NCBI GenBank assembly: GCA_002707335.2
Contig: PAMN02000027.1
Location: 1 to 32,000, forward strand
Origin: Methanobacteriota archaeon
Lineage (GTDB): Archaea; Thermoplasmatota; Poseidoniia; Poseidoniales; Poseidoniaceae
Reading direction: 5' to 3'
DNA: 32,000 nt
In this document: positions 1 to 8,199 of the stretch, piece after piece
How the letters are laid out: every line of letters starts with the position of its first letter
Numbering within the stretch: the stretch's first letter is position 1
Position numbers and translations under genes: made by a program
The notes under the pieces: model-generated
Databases searched by the model: none
What the model saw: only the letters and a program-made list of their open reading frames with translations
What the model was told of the DNA's origin: nothing

Positions 1-46
1 AAATACAGGTCTTTTACAAAGATGGTAATTTGCATATAGCTGCTGA

Positions 47-373
47 TTGAAGATGTCTGATGTTCTTCTGATTGACGGCCTGTGTGGTTTATGCACTCGT
101 AGTGGCGCATTCTTACATAAGAGATTGCGAAAGAACCTAGAAATTTCAGAATTAGAATCTGAAAAGGGCAAACAAATTCTTGAAAGCCACAAAATAAACG
201 TTGATTCAGTTGTTCTTGTGCGTGGTGACAAAACATACATCAGATCTGCAGCCGCTATTCGTTGTCTATTGTATATGAAATGGAATTGGAGATGGATTTA
301 CCCATTTGCTTGGATAATTCCCCTTCCAATCAGAGACCTAGGTTACATAGTAATTTCCAAACTCCGAAAATAG
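47..373 (+). CDS. DCC-family thiol-disulfide oxidoreductase (DUF393)
   Basis: 108-aa ORF. The N-terminal LIDGLCGLCTRS matches the D-G-x-C-x-L-C hallmark of DUF393/DCC proteins, and the size is typical of the family. Confidence 0.65.
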   Translation: MKMSDVLLIDGLCGLCTRSGAFLHKRLRKNLEISELESEKGKQILESHKINVDSVVLVRGDKTYIRSAAAIRCLLYMKWNWRWIYPFAWIIPLPIRDLGYIVISKLRK

Positions 374-399
374 AATTTACTAAATCTTAAACTCTAATA

Positions 400-415
400 T
401 TTTTGTTTTATTTTT
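400..415 (+). terminator. Oligo-T tract (TTTTTGTTTTATTTTT) downstream of the DCC gene; candidate archaeal terminator
   Basis: Three consecutive T4-T5 runs begin 27 nt after the stop codon. Archaeal termination typically uses oligo-T signals. Confidence 0.35.
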
Positions 416-474
416 ATCAAAATCACGCTCAGTGTAGCGTTTTCGGGTTGGAAATCAATGATTTCACGATAGTT

Positions 475-488
475 TTAGGGACACCTAA
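475..488 (+). promoter_or_regulatory. Candidate operator site 1 (TTAGGGACACCTAA) immediately upstream of a TATA-like box
   Basis: 14-bp quasi-palindrome TTAGG-N4-CCTAA. One of five copies in the window, all intergenic and all in the same orientation relative to the downstream gene. Confidence 0.5.
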
Positions 489-490
489 AC

Positions 491-501
491 TTTATGTATA
501 T
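491..501 (+). promoter_or_regulatory. TATA-like box (TTTATGTATAT) for the 536.. operon
   Basis: AT-rich element about 40 nt upstream of the ATG at 536, bracketed by the two operator-like sites. Confidence 0.35.
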
Positions 502-508
502 CCGACTT

Positions 509-522
509 TTCGGGCGACCTAA
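509..522 (+). promoter_or_regulatory. Candidate operator site 2 (TTCGGGCGACCTAA), over the expected transcription start
   Basis: Has one mismatch to TTAGGG-N3-CCTAA. It starts exactly 34 bp after site 1 and ends 13 nt before the ATG at 536. Confidence 0.45.
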
Positions 523-535
523 ATCGAGATGATTA

Positions 536-1819
536 ATGATGAGTTTGAAAATAAAATCTATGCTAATGATGCTTTTATTGAGTTGCGCTGCTATGGCTGG
601 TTGCCTAGGCACTGACGACGAAGAAGAAAAGGATACAGAAGACCCTGCTGACGAAAAACCTGCTTGGTTAGACGCTTCAGATGCAGGCTATACCTATGCA
701 TCTGACGTTGACAACCACCGTTCTTTGATGAACGATCTGTGTGAAATCAAGGCTGCTGCAAGTTCTGACGGTGGATATGATTTTGCAGGAGCAAAGGCCA
801 TTTACACTGACGGTAAGAACGCTCCGAAAGACGATGGTTCCTACAGAACACTTGCAGGATTCGCTGCTGCAACTGGTAAGAACCACAATTATGATTCCTA
901 CTACGATATGAATGGATCCATTGGCGCACACATTATGGCTGCAATGGACGGTACTGGCGATTTCGATAACACCTCCGACACAGTAAGATACCAAGGTATC
1001 GCTAAACTAACAGTTAACATGGGAATGGTCGGATACACACTTCACGAACTAAACGCTGCAATCATTAAGGCAGAAGCCGGTGATTGGGGCACTGACAAGG
1101 CTCAACACGCATGGGACGAAGGATGGGCTTTCTTCCACGGACCTGATGAACACTATGGCTGTTCACCAGCTAAGGTAATGGAGAAGAGAGCAGCTGACTT
1201 CGGAACAGCAGACGCTGACGGAGTTGCAGCAACATTTGCAGCAACAGAGGCTGCTATGAATGCAGGATTGACTGCTCTACAAAATGAGAACATGCAAGGC
1301 GTAGTAGACGCTCGTGATGAAGTTCTAAAGAACCTAGTAATCGTTTACTCACAGGCTGTTCTAAAGTACACATCCAAGATGGACAGCAACACTACTGCTG
1401 AAAAGTACCAGGCTGAAGGATACGCCTTCTGGAAGGCTATCGAAGCATACGCTGCTCCACACATGCACGACGGTTGCTACAACATGGCAGTCGGACACAA
1501 GGTCATGATGATGGGAGAAATCGACGCATCTGCTTGTGACGCTTTCATCTGGACTAACGGTAACCAGGATCCTAATGGCACAAACGACACATGTTACAAC
1601 ACTGTAAACCACATGGTTTCCACTGATGCTACTGACGAAGCAGGCTGTGATGGATACAAATCCATGTACTACATGGACAATTATGCTGCTACAATGATGA
1701 ACAACGTACTAGATCTGACTGATGCTTCTCAACTAGGAACATCCTACGATGTTACAGCTTGGCTACAACCAGTTTGGGACCATTACGGAATCACCAGTTC
1801 AGATATCGGTTCAATGTGA
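536..1819 (+). CDS. Secreted acidic lipoprotein of unknown function, Met/His/Cys-rich (candidate metal-binding protein)
   Basis: 427-aa ORF with a signal peptide and lipobox (LLLSCAAMAGC followed by LGTDDEEEKD). Contains Met/His/Cys clusters (APHMHDGCYNMAVGHKVMMMGEIDASACD, SMYYMDNYAATMMNN) and a WDEGWAFFHG motif. It is the first gene behind the double operator. Confidence 0.8.
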   Translation: MMSLKIKSMLMMLLLSCAAMAGCLGTDDEEEKDTEDPADEKPAWLDASDAGYTYASDVDNHRSLMNDLCEIKAAASSDGGYDFAGAKAIYTDGKNAPKDDGSYRTLAGFAAATGKNHNYDSYYDMNGSIGAHIMAAMDGTGDFDNTSDTVRYQGIAKLTVNMGMVGYTLHELNAAIIKAEAGDWGTDKAQHAWDEGWAFFHGPDEHYGCSPAKVMEKRAADFGTADADGVAATFAATEAAMNAGLTALQNENMQGVVDARDEVLKNLVIVYSQAVLKYTSKMDSNTTAEKYQAEGYAFWKAIEAYAAPHMHDGCYNMAVGHKVMMMGEIDASACDAFIWTNGNQDPNGTNDTCYNTVNHMVSTDATDEAGCDGYKSMYYMDNYAATMMNNVLDLTDASQLGTSYDVTAWLQPVWDHYGITSSDIGSM

Positions 1820-1849
1820 GATTGTCCTCCTCACATAGCTCAAAATCTA

Positions 1850-1889
1850 GGGGTGGCTGGTTAAACGCCAACCACTAACCAGCCACCCC
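1850..1889 (+). other. GC-rich perfect hairpin: 14-bp stem GGGGTGGCTGGTTA / TAACCAGCCACCCC with a 12-nt loop
   Basis: Read directly from the sequence. It lies in the 86-nt spacer between the lipoprotein gene and the 777-aa gene. The GC content is conspicuous in an AT-rich genome. Confidence 0.6.
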
Positions 1890-1905
1890 ACTCGGAGCGA
1901 TTACC

Positions 1906-4239
1906 ATGAGATTGATTTGCCCACTTATTTGTGCGCTTTTCATGTTCACGATTATCCCTTTAGAGATAGCAATGGCAGATTCTAATGATGAAGGCAATTT
2001 GTTTAGTTTATACGGCAATTTGTACGATGAGGAAGGTAACCCTGCTGCAGAAACCTCAATGAAACTTGTTCCGAGAGGATCGATATGGGCAGATGGGGGT
2101 ACTTACTCAATAGAAAATATATCTGAAGGTGAATACACTGTAAGAGCCTATTTCATGAACAATGGGCATACGGTAGTATACCGAACAATATACATTGATT
2201 CAGATACAGAACTTGACTGGCAAGTAGGTAAAAACTGGGCCACTGGAAAGTTATACGACAATGCCGAACAATTAATCGAAAACCCAGATTTGACCAATGT
2301 CAAGTTAATAGAGACAAATGAATCTGAGACTACAGATAACGGGAGATTCTCCTTGGGCCCATATGAAATTGGTAATTACTACACATTAAGAGCTTATTAT
2401 GGAGATATTGATCATTCTACACAGTTTGTCCACTTCAAAATGCAGTCAGGTTCTGCGACTGAATTTGACATCAATGATTTTGAATTCTATCATGGTAAAA
2501 ATAGTCGATATGGTTTCGTAAAAGATTCAGCAGGTAATTCAATGCCAGGAGTGACCGTAAGCAACGGAGATCAAACTGTTACTACTAACTCAGATGGATT
2601 TTACCTGCTACAAAACCTAGAGATAGGTATTGAAAACAATTTTACATTTATGCATGGAGAAAACGAGGTTGCTCCGCCAATAACGGAAATAATCACATCT
2701 GGAGAAGGATGGATGAACAACACCGGCACGATTGAAATTAATCTACCAGGTAATGCATCATTTACTACACAGGTCCAGGTTATTGAAAAGAATAAACCAT
2801 TTTTGATAGAATGGAATGGCGGTGCCTATACAGAATCATATTCACTTTACAGGAATGGTATAATTACATACTCAGGTACGAAGAGTGAGTACTCATTCAC
2901 ACCTCAACAAACTGGAAATTTTGAATTTACATTAGTAGCTGAAAATAATAATGGCACAACTGAGACTTTCAAGACCCTAGTTCTGATGGTGCTCCCTGAA
3001 CAATCAAGTTCAGATTTGTGGGCAGTAGGTATGTATTGGAATTATACTGTTGATTACTTTCCTTCCAGTGATAATCAAAATATTACGATGACTGCGATTG
3101 GTAAAGAAACTGTTACGGACGCATTTGGCTTCGAAAGAGATTCATTTGTGATTAGAATGTCAGGATCACATTATGAGGATGAAGAAAAATCCTACAGATG
3201 GGTAGATACTCAAAATCTACTGTATCTGCGCACATATTGGGTCGATGACCCAGACTCATCGTCATATTTCCAAGAAGGCACTCTAGGATGGGATTTCACT
3301 GATGCTAATGGAAACAAAACTGATTTATTTTCATTAGAAAATGGGTCAAATCTCCATTTTAATAGAACCAATATCATAGGTGTTCCTGGTCATCCCAATG
3401 GATACGATGACACACAAAATTCCATCCAAGTAACTGACAATGTGGTTATCACTACTGCTGCAGGAACATTTTCTACAACATATATTTGTATTATCGATAA
3501 TAATGACGGAGTAAAATCATGGGAATTATGGTATAATGACACTGTAAGAAACTGGGTAAAGAAAATCGATCGGCTCCCAGGTTCTCATTCGGATTCCGTT
3601 GAAATGGAACTGACTTCATTTGTCGTTCCAGTTACACCTCAATTTATTACTGAAGATTCTAATATATCTACAAAGAATCATCTTATCGAATGGGCTTCCT
3701 TCCAGGGTGCCTCTTCATATGAACTTCTTCACAATGGAGAAGTCGTATATTCGGGTTCTAACACGTCTTTCGAAATCAGAAATAGCGAAGACGGAAGGTT
3801 TGTCTATCAAATCAATGCAATAATATCTCAAAATTACAAAATTACAGGAGACATTTTGACTCTAGATGTATTTTACATTCTACTTCCGCCTGTCTTGGAA
3901 ACGAATGTAGATACAATTACTGAAGGAGAGAAATTGAAGTTATCATGGAATCCTGTGGAGGATTCAATTTGGTATTCAGTAATTGTACAAAATGACGATA
4001 ATTCACCTGTGGAAGTGTACAACGGCTCTAAAACAGAATTTACTACATCTGACCTAGATGTTGGATTAAATAGAATTAGGATTAGTGCTGGATCTTCTGA
4101 TGGAAAAGTTTCTGAATTATCCGATTCGATATTCATCAAGGTAGAACCTGAAGAGGATTCTGGTTTACCATCAATTGGTATTTTGGCATCTATATTCTGC
4201 GTTTTAGCAGCGGCTTTTGTTCTAAAAAGAAATGATTGA
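1906..4239 (+). CDS. Anchored surface protein with carboxypeptidase-regulatory-like and FN3-like repeats and a C-terminal sorting signal
   Basis: 777-aa ORF with an N-terminal signal peptide. Three CarboxypepD_reg-like units (e.g. YGFVKDSAGNSMPGVTVSNGDQTVTTNSDGFYLLQNLEIG). Three FN3-like units (IEWNGGAYTESYSLYRNG..YSG, IEWASFQGASSYELLHNGEVVYSG, LSWNPVEDSIWYSVIV). C-terminus: EPEEDSGLPSIGILASIFCVLAAAFVLKRND. Confidence 0.8.
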   Translation: MRLICPLICALFMFTIIPLEIAMADSNDEGNLFSLYGNLYDEEGNPAAETSMKLVPRGSIWADGGTYSIENISEGEYTVRAYFMNNGHTVVYRTIYIDSDTELDWQVGKNWATGKLYDNAEQLIENPDLTNVKLIETNESETTDNGRFSLGPYEIGNYYTLRAYYGDIDHSTQFVHFKMQSGSATEFDINDFEFYHGKNSRYGFVKDSAGNSMPGVTVSNGDQTVTTNSDGFYLLQNLEIGIENNFTFMHGENEVAPPITEIITSGEGWMNNTGTIEINLPGNASFTTQVQVIEKNKPFLIEWNGGAYTESYSLYRNGIITYSGTKSEYSFTPQQTGNFEFTLVAENNNGTTETFKTLVLMVLPEQSSSDLWAVGMYWNYTVDYFPSSDNQNITMTAIGKETVTDAFGFERDSFVIRMSGSHYEDEEKSYRWVDTQNLLYLRTYWVDDPDSSSYFQEGTLGWDFTDANGNKTDLFSLENGSNLHFNRTNIIGVPGHPNGYDDTQNSIQVTDNVVITTAAGTFSTTYICIIDNNDGVKSWELWYNDTVRNWVKKIDRLPGSHSDSVEMELTSFVVPVTPQFITEDSNISTKNHLIEWASFQGASSYELLHNGEVVYSGSNTSFEIRNSEDGRFVYQINAIISQNYKITGDILTLDVFYILLPPVLETNVDTITEGEKLKLSWNPVEDSIWYSVIVQNDDNSPVEVYNGSKTEFTTSDLDVGLNRIRISAGSSDGKVSELSDSIFIKVEPEEDSGLPSIGILASIFCVLAAAFVLKRND

Positions 4240-4261
4240 GAGCGGTTTTTGAGAAGGTGAA

Positions 4262-5350
4262 GTGATGCGATACAAGGTTGTCATTTCGATTTTTCAAGCG
4301 ATTATAGTAATTGTGTGTGCAATTGGAATCTACAATTATGCATTAAAACAAAACACTGACGAAACAGGAGAAATAATTATCACAGATTCAAATGGAGTCA
4401 AACACTACTTTGATGAGCCGCCCAGTAGGGTTGCAATAACCAACACTTATGCAGGGACGGTAATGCGCATGCTAGACATAAACGAATCACACATTGTTGG
4501 TGTTTCTGGTGACTTTAGTGATGAAAAATTGTGGCCAGAGCTTTCAAAAAAACCTATGATTCAGCAATCGGCTCACTCAGAAATAGATTTTGAAGCTATA
4601 CTCGATTCAAGAGCCGACATATACATTGTATTTGCAAACAATGGGATGGTAGATACAGGGGGCATTAGAGAAAAATTAGAGCCTGTTGGTGTGAAAGTTG
4701 TTGCTCTTGATTTTTACAAATATGATTCATTGAGATATGAAATAGACGTTTTAGCAACAATGTTTGGAAAGGAAAACCAAAGAGACATTCTATTCAATGA
4801 GTTTGATGAAATTGAGTCGTTAGTAGAATCAAAGTTGGTATCTTTGGAAGATTCAAATCGACCACAAATAGTGATGGAACATCATGCTTCTCTGACTAGA
4901 GATCCTGTGGTTCTAACTGGAACATCTCAGTGGACAGATTTGATACAAAGGGCAGGAGGGATAAATGTGTTCGAGGATTTACCTGGACATACCACTCATG
5001 TTGACATGGAAGCAATTTTGGACAAAAATCCTGACATCTTGATGTTTGACGGAATTACATTTGACATAGGATACAACAGATATGATGATACTGGTACGAC
5101 TTGTGAGACTCACATGCAGCATATTGAGAGTAGATCAGGTTTCGAAGAATTAAACGCAATAAAGAATGATAAGATGTTAGTTCTTTCTGGTGAATTCGCA
5201 GGACCAATGATGATTCACGGACTACCAACATTAGCGAAATATCTTCATCCTGATTTATTCGAAGATGTCGATTCAGAATCATATTTGGATGCCTATTTCA
5301 CAAAATATCACGATGTAGAACGAATTGGCAAATTTGTTTGTACTACATAG
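4262..5350 (+). CDS. ABC transporter substrate-binding protein, Peripla_BP_2 class (Fe-siderophore/haem/cobalamin type), N-terminally membrane anchored
   Basis: 362-aa ORF. GGTGA Shine-Dalgarno-like element just upstream, GTG at 4262 and ATG at 4265. N-terminal TM. RVAITNTYAGTVMRMLD...VGVSG...IDFEAILDSRADIYIV follows the FhuD/BtuF/FecB family pattern. It sits directly upstream of FecCD permease and ATPase genes. Confidence 0.8.
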   Translation: MMRYKVVISIFQAIIVIVCAIGIYNYALKQNTDETGEIIITDSNGVKHYFDEPPSRVAITNTYAGTVMRMLDINESHIVGVSGDFSDEKLWPELSKKPMIQQSAHSEIDFEAILDSRADIYIVFANNGMVDTGGIREKLEPVGVKVVALDFYKYDSLRYEIDVLATMFGKENQRDILFNEFDEIESLVESKLVSLEDSNRPQIVMEHHASLTRDPVVLTGTSQWTDLIQRAGGINVFEDLPGHTTHVDMEAILDKNPDILMFDGITFDIGYNRYDDTGTTCETHMQHIESRSGFEELNAIKNDKMLVLSGEFAGPMMIHGLPTLAKYLHPDLFEDVDSESYLDAYFTKYHDVERIGKFVCTT

Positions 5351-6517
5351 GTGGTTGATCAAATGGATTCAATCTCCCTGCAACACGTTGAGAAAGGAAA
5401 ATATCAACTTTTAATAATTTTAGGACTTGCAGTTTTTACTTTGTTATCGGCTGTTTTCGCATTGGGTCTGGGTTCATCATCTAATCTTGACATGGTTACT
5501 AGTTGGAAAATTGTAATTTCTGATACAAAGAAATTTTTTCTCAATATTGATACCGTAGCTGATAATTTGTGGTACAATTTGACCGCTTGTATATCATCAT
5601 CTTCTTGTGAAGACCGGTCTCTTTTGCATGGAATAGAACGTGAAGGCACGAATATCCAAAATGCGATAATTTGGGACTGGAGGTTTCCAAGGATTCTGAC
5701 TGCAATAGTAGGAGGCATTGCCCTGGCTGTAGCTGGAGCATTGATGCAAGGATGTTTGGGCAACCCATTAGTTTCACCGTTAACACTGGGAGTTGCTTCA
5801 GGTGCAGCTCTTGGCGCTGCGTTTGCAATCGTTCTTGGTTTCACAATATTGTCTATTCCTGAACTCGCAATTGTTGCTAATGCATTCTTTTTCTCTCTGG
5901 TTGTTGTTACTATTATCATTCAGTTAGGTAAAATCCGTTCAATTAGCGCTGAATCATATATTCTTGTTGGTATTGCGATTACATTCATTTGCGGAGCTAT
6001 TGTGTCAACAATGCAATATTTTGCTACAGATGCTCAGTTATCCCAACTCGCACATTGGTCATTTGGAAGCCTATCTAGGCCTAGCGGTGGAAATGTAATA
6101 TTGATGGGTCTAATTCTGGCATCATTACTTCCAACCGCACTTAAATGGTCTTGGGACCTTAACACACTCTCAATGGGAGGTGATGAATTTGCTATATCCA
6201 CAGGAGTAAATCCAAGTAAAATCCGTAAAAATATTCTCATTGTTTCGGCTCTTATGACATCTATTGTGATTGCTTTCACAGGTTTGATTGGTTTCGTTGG
6301 ATTAGCAGCACCCCACATGAGTAGACTTATTGTGGGTAATGATTTTAGAAAATTAATTCCATGTTCGGGATTATTCGGTGCTTTTTTGATGATTTTTGCG
6401 GATACATTGGGTAGAACTCTTTTTGCTCCAATTGTAATTCCTGTGGGTGTTATGCTTTCGATAATAGGGGGTCCTTTTTTCATGTATTTATTGCTCAGGC
6501 GAGGTGGTCATCATTAA
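5351..6517 (+). CDS. FecCD/BtuC-family iron-chelate ABC permease
   Basis: 388-aa ORF. PRILTAIVGGIALAVAGALMQGCLGNPLVSPLTLGVASGAALGAA is the classic FecCD signature, and the protein is multi-TM. The true start may be the ATG at 5363, which has GGTGG 8 nt upstream. Confidence 0.9.
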   Translation: MVDQMDSISLQHVEKGKYQLLIILGLAVFTLLSAVFALGLGSSSNLDMVTSWKIVISDTKKFFLNIDTVADNLWYNLTACISSSSCEDRSLLHGIEREGTNIQNAIIWDWRFPRILTAIVGGIALAVAGALMQGCLGNPLVSPLTLGVASGAALGAAFAIVLGFTILSIPELAIVANAFFFSLVVVTIIIQLGKIRSISAESYILVGIAITFICGAIVSTMQYFATDAQLSQLAHWSFGSLSRPSGGNVILMGLILASLLPTALKWSWDLNTLSMGGDEFAISTGVNPSKIRKNILIVSALMTSIVIAFTGLIGFVGLAAPHMSRLIVGNDFRKLIPCSGLFGAFLMIFADTLGRTLFAPIVIPVGVMLSIIGGPFFMYLLLRRGGHH

Positions 6518-7325
6518 CAAAATCTTGGATGTGACAAACCTCAACTTTTCATGGGGGAGTAATGAAGTTTTGAAAGACATTAGTTTCTCTATGAAATCCA
6601 ATGAGGTTGTTGCGATATTGGGTATTAATGGTGCTGGAAAATCTACCCTAATCAAATGCCTAAATAGAATACTATCGCCAAAATCTGGAGATATACATAT
6701 TCGCCCTCATTGGAGTAATTTAAAAGAAACTAATCTAATCAATATCTCATCACTCGATCTTGTCGAGATATCAAAAACGATGTCATATGTACCACAAAAT
6801 GTTGCAACAAGTTTCCCCATGGATGTATTCGACGTAGTACTTCTTGGTCGCAAGCCACACCTAAGTTGGAGAATCAGTGATGAAGATAGAGACAAAGTTA
6901 GCGAAACTTTGAGGTATCTAAATCTAGAAGACTTTGCTTTTCGAAAGTTTAATCAGATATCAGGAGGAGAAAGACAAAGAGTAATTATTGCTAAGGCAAT
7001 TGCCCAAGATCCTAATTTGTTTTTATTTGATGAGCCAACAAGTGATTTAGATCTTAAAAATCAAATACAGATTATGAAATGTATAAGAAAAATAATCAAA
7101 GATAAAAACAATTCAAAATCTGCCTTAATTGCCATACATGACATAAATATAGCAGCAAAGTATTCAGATAAGATTCTCCTATTGAATAATGGTTCTATTA
7201 TGGCATATGGCCCGCCGTCTCAGGTCCTTACCGAGGAAAATATTGCAGAGGTATTTGGTGTAAAATGTTCCATTTCCTCAGTAGATAAGCATTATATTCG
7301 CGTTGATGTAGACGATGAAATCTAA
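6504..7325 (+). CDS. ABC transporter ATP-binding protein (FepC/BtuD-like)
   Basis: Walker A GINGAGKST, signature ISGGERQRV, Walker B LFLFDEPTSDLD. Overlaps the permease gene by 14 nt. Confidence 0.9.
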   Translation: MVIINKILDVTNLNFSWGSNEVLKDISFSMKSNEVVAILGINGAGKSTLIKCLNRILSPKSGDIHIRPHWSNLKETNLINISSLDLVEISKTMSYVPQNVATSFPMDVFDVVLLGRKPHLSWRISDEDRDKVSETLRYLNLEDFAFRKFNQISGGERQRVIIAKAIAQDPNLFLFDEPTSDLDLKNQIQIMKCIRKIIKDKNNSKSALIAIHDINIAAKYSDKILLLNNGSIMAYGPPSQVLTEENIAEVFGVKCSISSVDKHYIRVDVDDEI

Positions 7326-7345
7326 AAATAAATTAAAGTGATAAT

Positions 7346-8167
7346 ATGACAAAGAAAACGAGTGACTTATCAAGACATGGCGTACCTAAAGGAAAGAGAA
7401 GAGTACAACAAGAACTTCTTTACGACCCTGATATTCCAACGCCAACTCATGCAGAATATTCTATGACAATAGCTCACAAAAAGAATACTGCAACATTATG
7501 TACAATTTCGATAAACGAGGGAAACCATCCATATGGTTCGTTTGTTACATATGCAATGTATGAAGGAAATCCTATTTTCTTGATTAGCAAGTTAGCGGAA
7601 CATACTAAGAATCTCCGAGCAAATTCTAAATCATCATTATTGATTGCTGAAGGAGGCGATGAAAACCCACTTGCTTTAGGCCGCATAACCCTGGTAGGAA
7701 ACTGTACAAAACTTTCCAAAGAGGATAACCCAGAAGTAAAATCAATATTCTTGGAAGAGCATCCAAGCGCACGTTTTTATGTTGATTTCGAAGATTTTGA
7801 CTTTTATTGCTTAAATGTTGAAACTATTAGATACATAGGCGGTTTCGGTAGAATGTCTTGGGTAGACTCTGACAATTGGTTTAAATCTGAACCTGATCCA
7901 TTGGAGCCATATTCAAAAGATATTATCGAACATATGAACGATGATCATCGTGATGCAATGGTAATTCTCTGTCAGAAGATGAGTAAAGCCACCGATACGA
8001 CAGATGCAGTGATGGTGGCAATAGATCGTTATGGATTTGAAATGTCTGCGGTAACTGAAGATGGAGAACGTCCGATTCGTTTGGCATTTGATAACCAAGC
8101 CAGCAATTCAGAAGAGGCAAGAGTTGAGATAATAACCTTGGTCAAAAGAGCAAGAGCCTCCGAATGA
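7346..8167 (+). CDS. HugZ/COG0748-like haem-iron utilisation protein (PNPOx-like split barrel + DUF2470)
   Basis: 273-aa ORF. Split-barrel pattern: ATLCTISINEGNHPYGSFVTYAMYEGNPIFLISKLAEHTKNLRANSKSSLLI...RITLVG. C-terminal DUF2470-like segment: IIEHMNDDHRDAMVILCQ. It lies immediately after the FecBCD-type transporter. Confidence 0.7.
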   Translation: MTKKTSDLSRHGVPKGKRRVQQELLYDPDIPTPTHAEYSMTIAHKKNTATLCTISINEGNHPYGSFVTYAMYEGNPIFLISKLAEHTKNLRANSKSSLLIAEGGDENPLALGRITLVGNCTKLSKEDNPEVKSIFLEEHPSARFYVDFEDFDFYCLNVETIRYIGGFGRMSWVDSDNWFKSEPDPLEPYSKDIIEHMNDDHRDAMVILCQKMSKATDTTDAVMVAIDRYGFEMSAVTEDGERPIRLAFDNQASNSEEARVEIITLVKRARASE

Positions 8168-8199
8168 TGCAATTGTAAGGTTTTGAATACACGGAACGA

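Noticed and set aside
475-522. Calling the TTAGG...CCTAA sites bona fide DtxR/IdeR iron boxes
   Set aside because: Only the terminal pentamers match. The spacing between them is 4 nt rather than 9, so the dyad geometry differs. No regulator gene is in the window. I keep it as 'candidate operator, regulator unknown'.
5404-6483. Antisense ORFs of 171, 95 and 149 aa within the FecCD permease gene
   Set aside because: The plus-strand frame carries an unmistakable FecCD signature. The antisense ORFs are a by-product of Ala/Gly/Leu-rich TM coding sequence.
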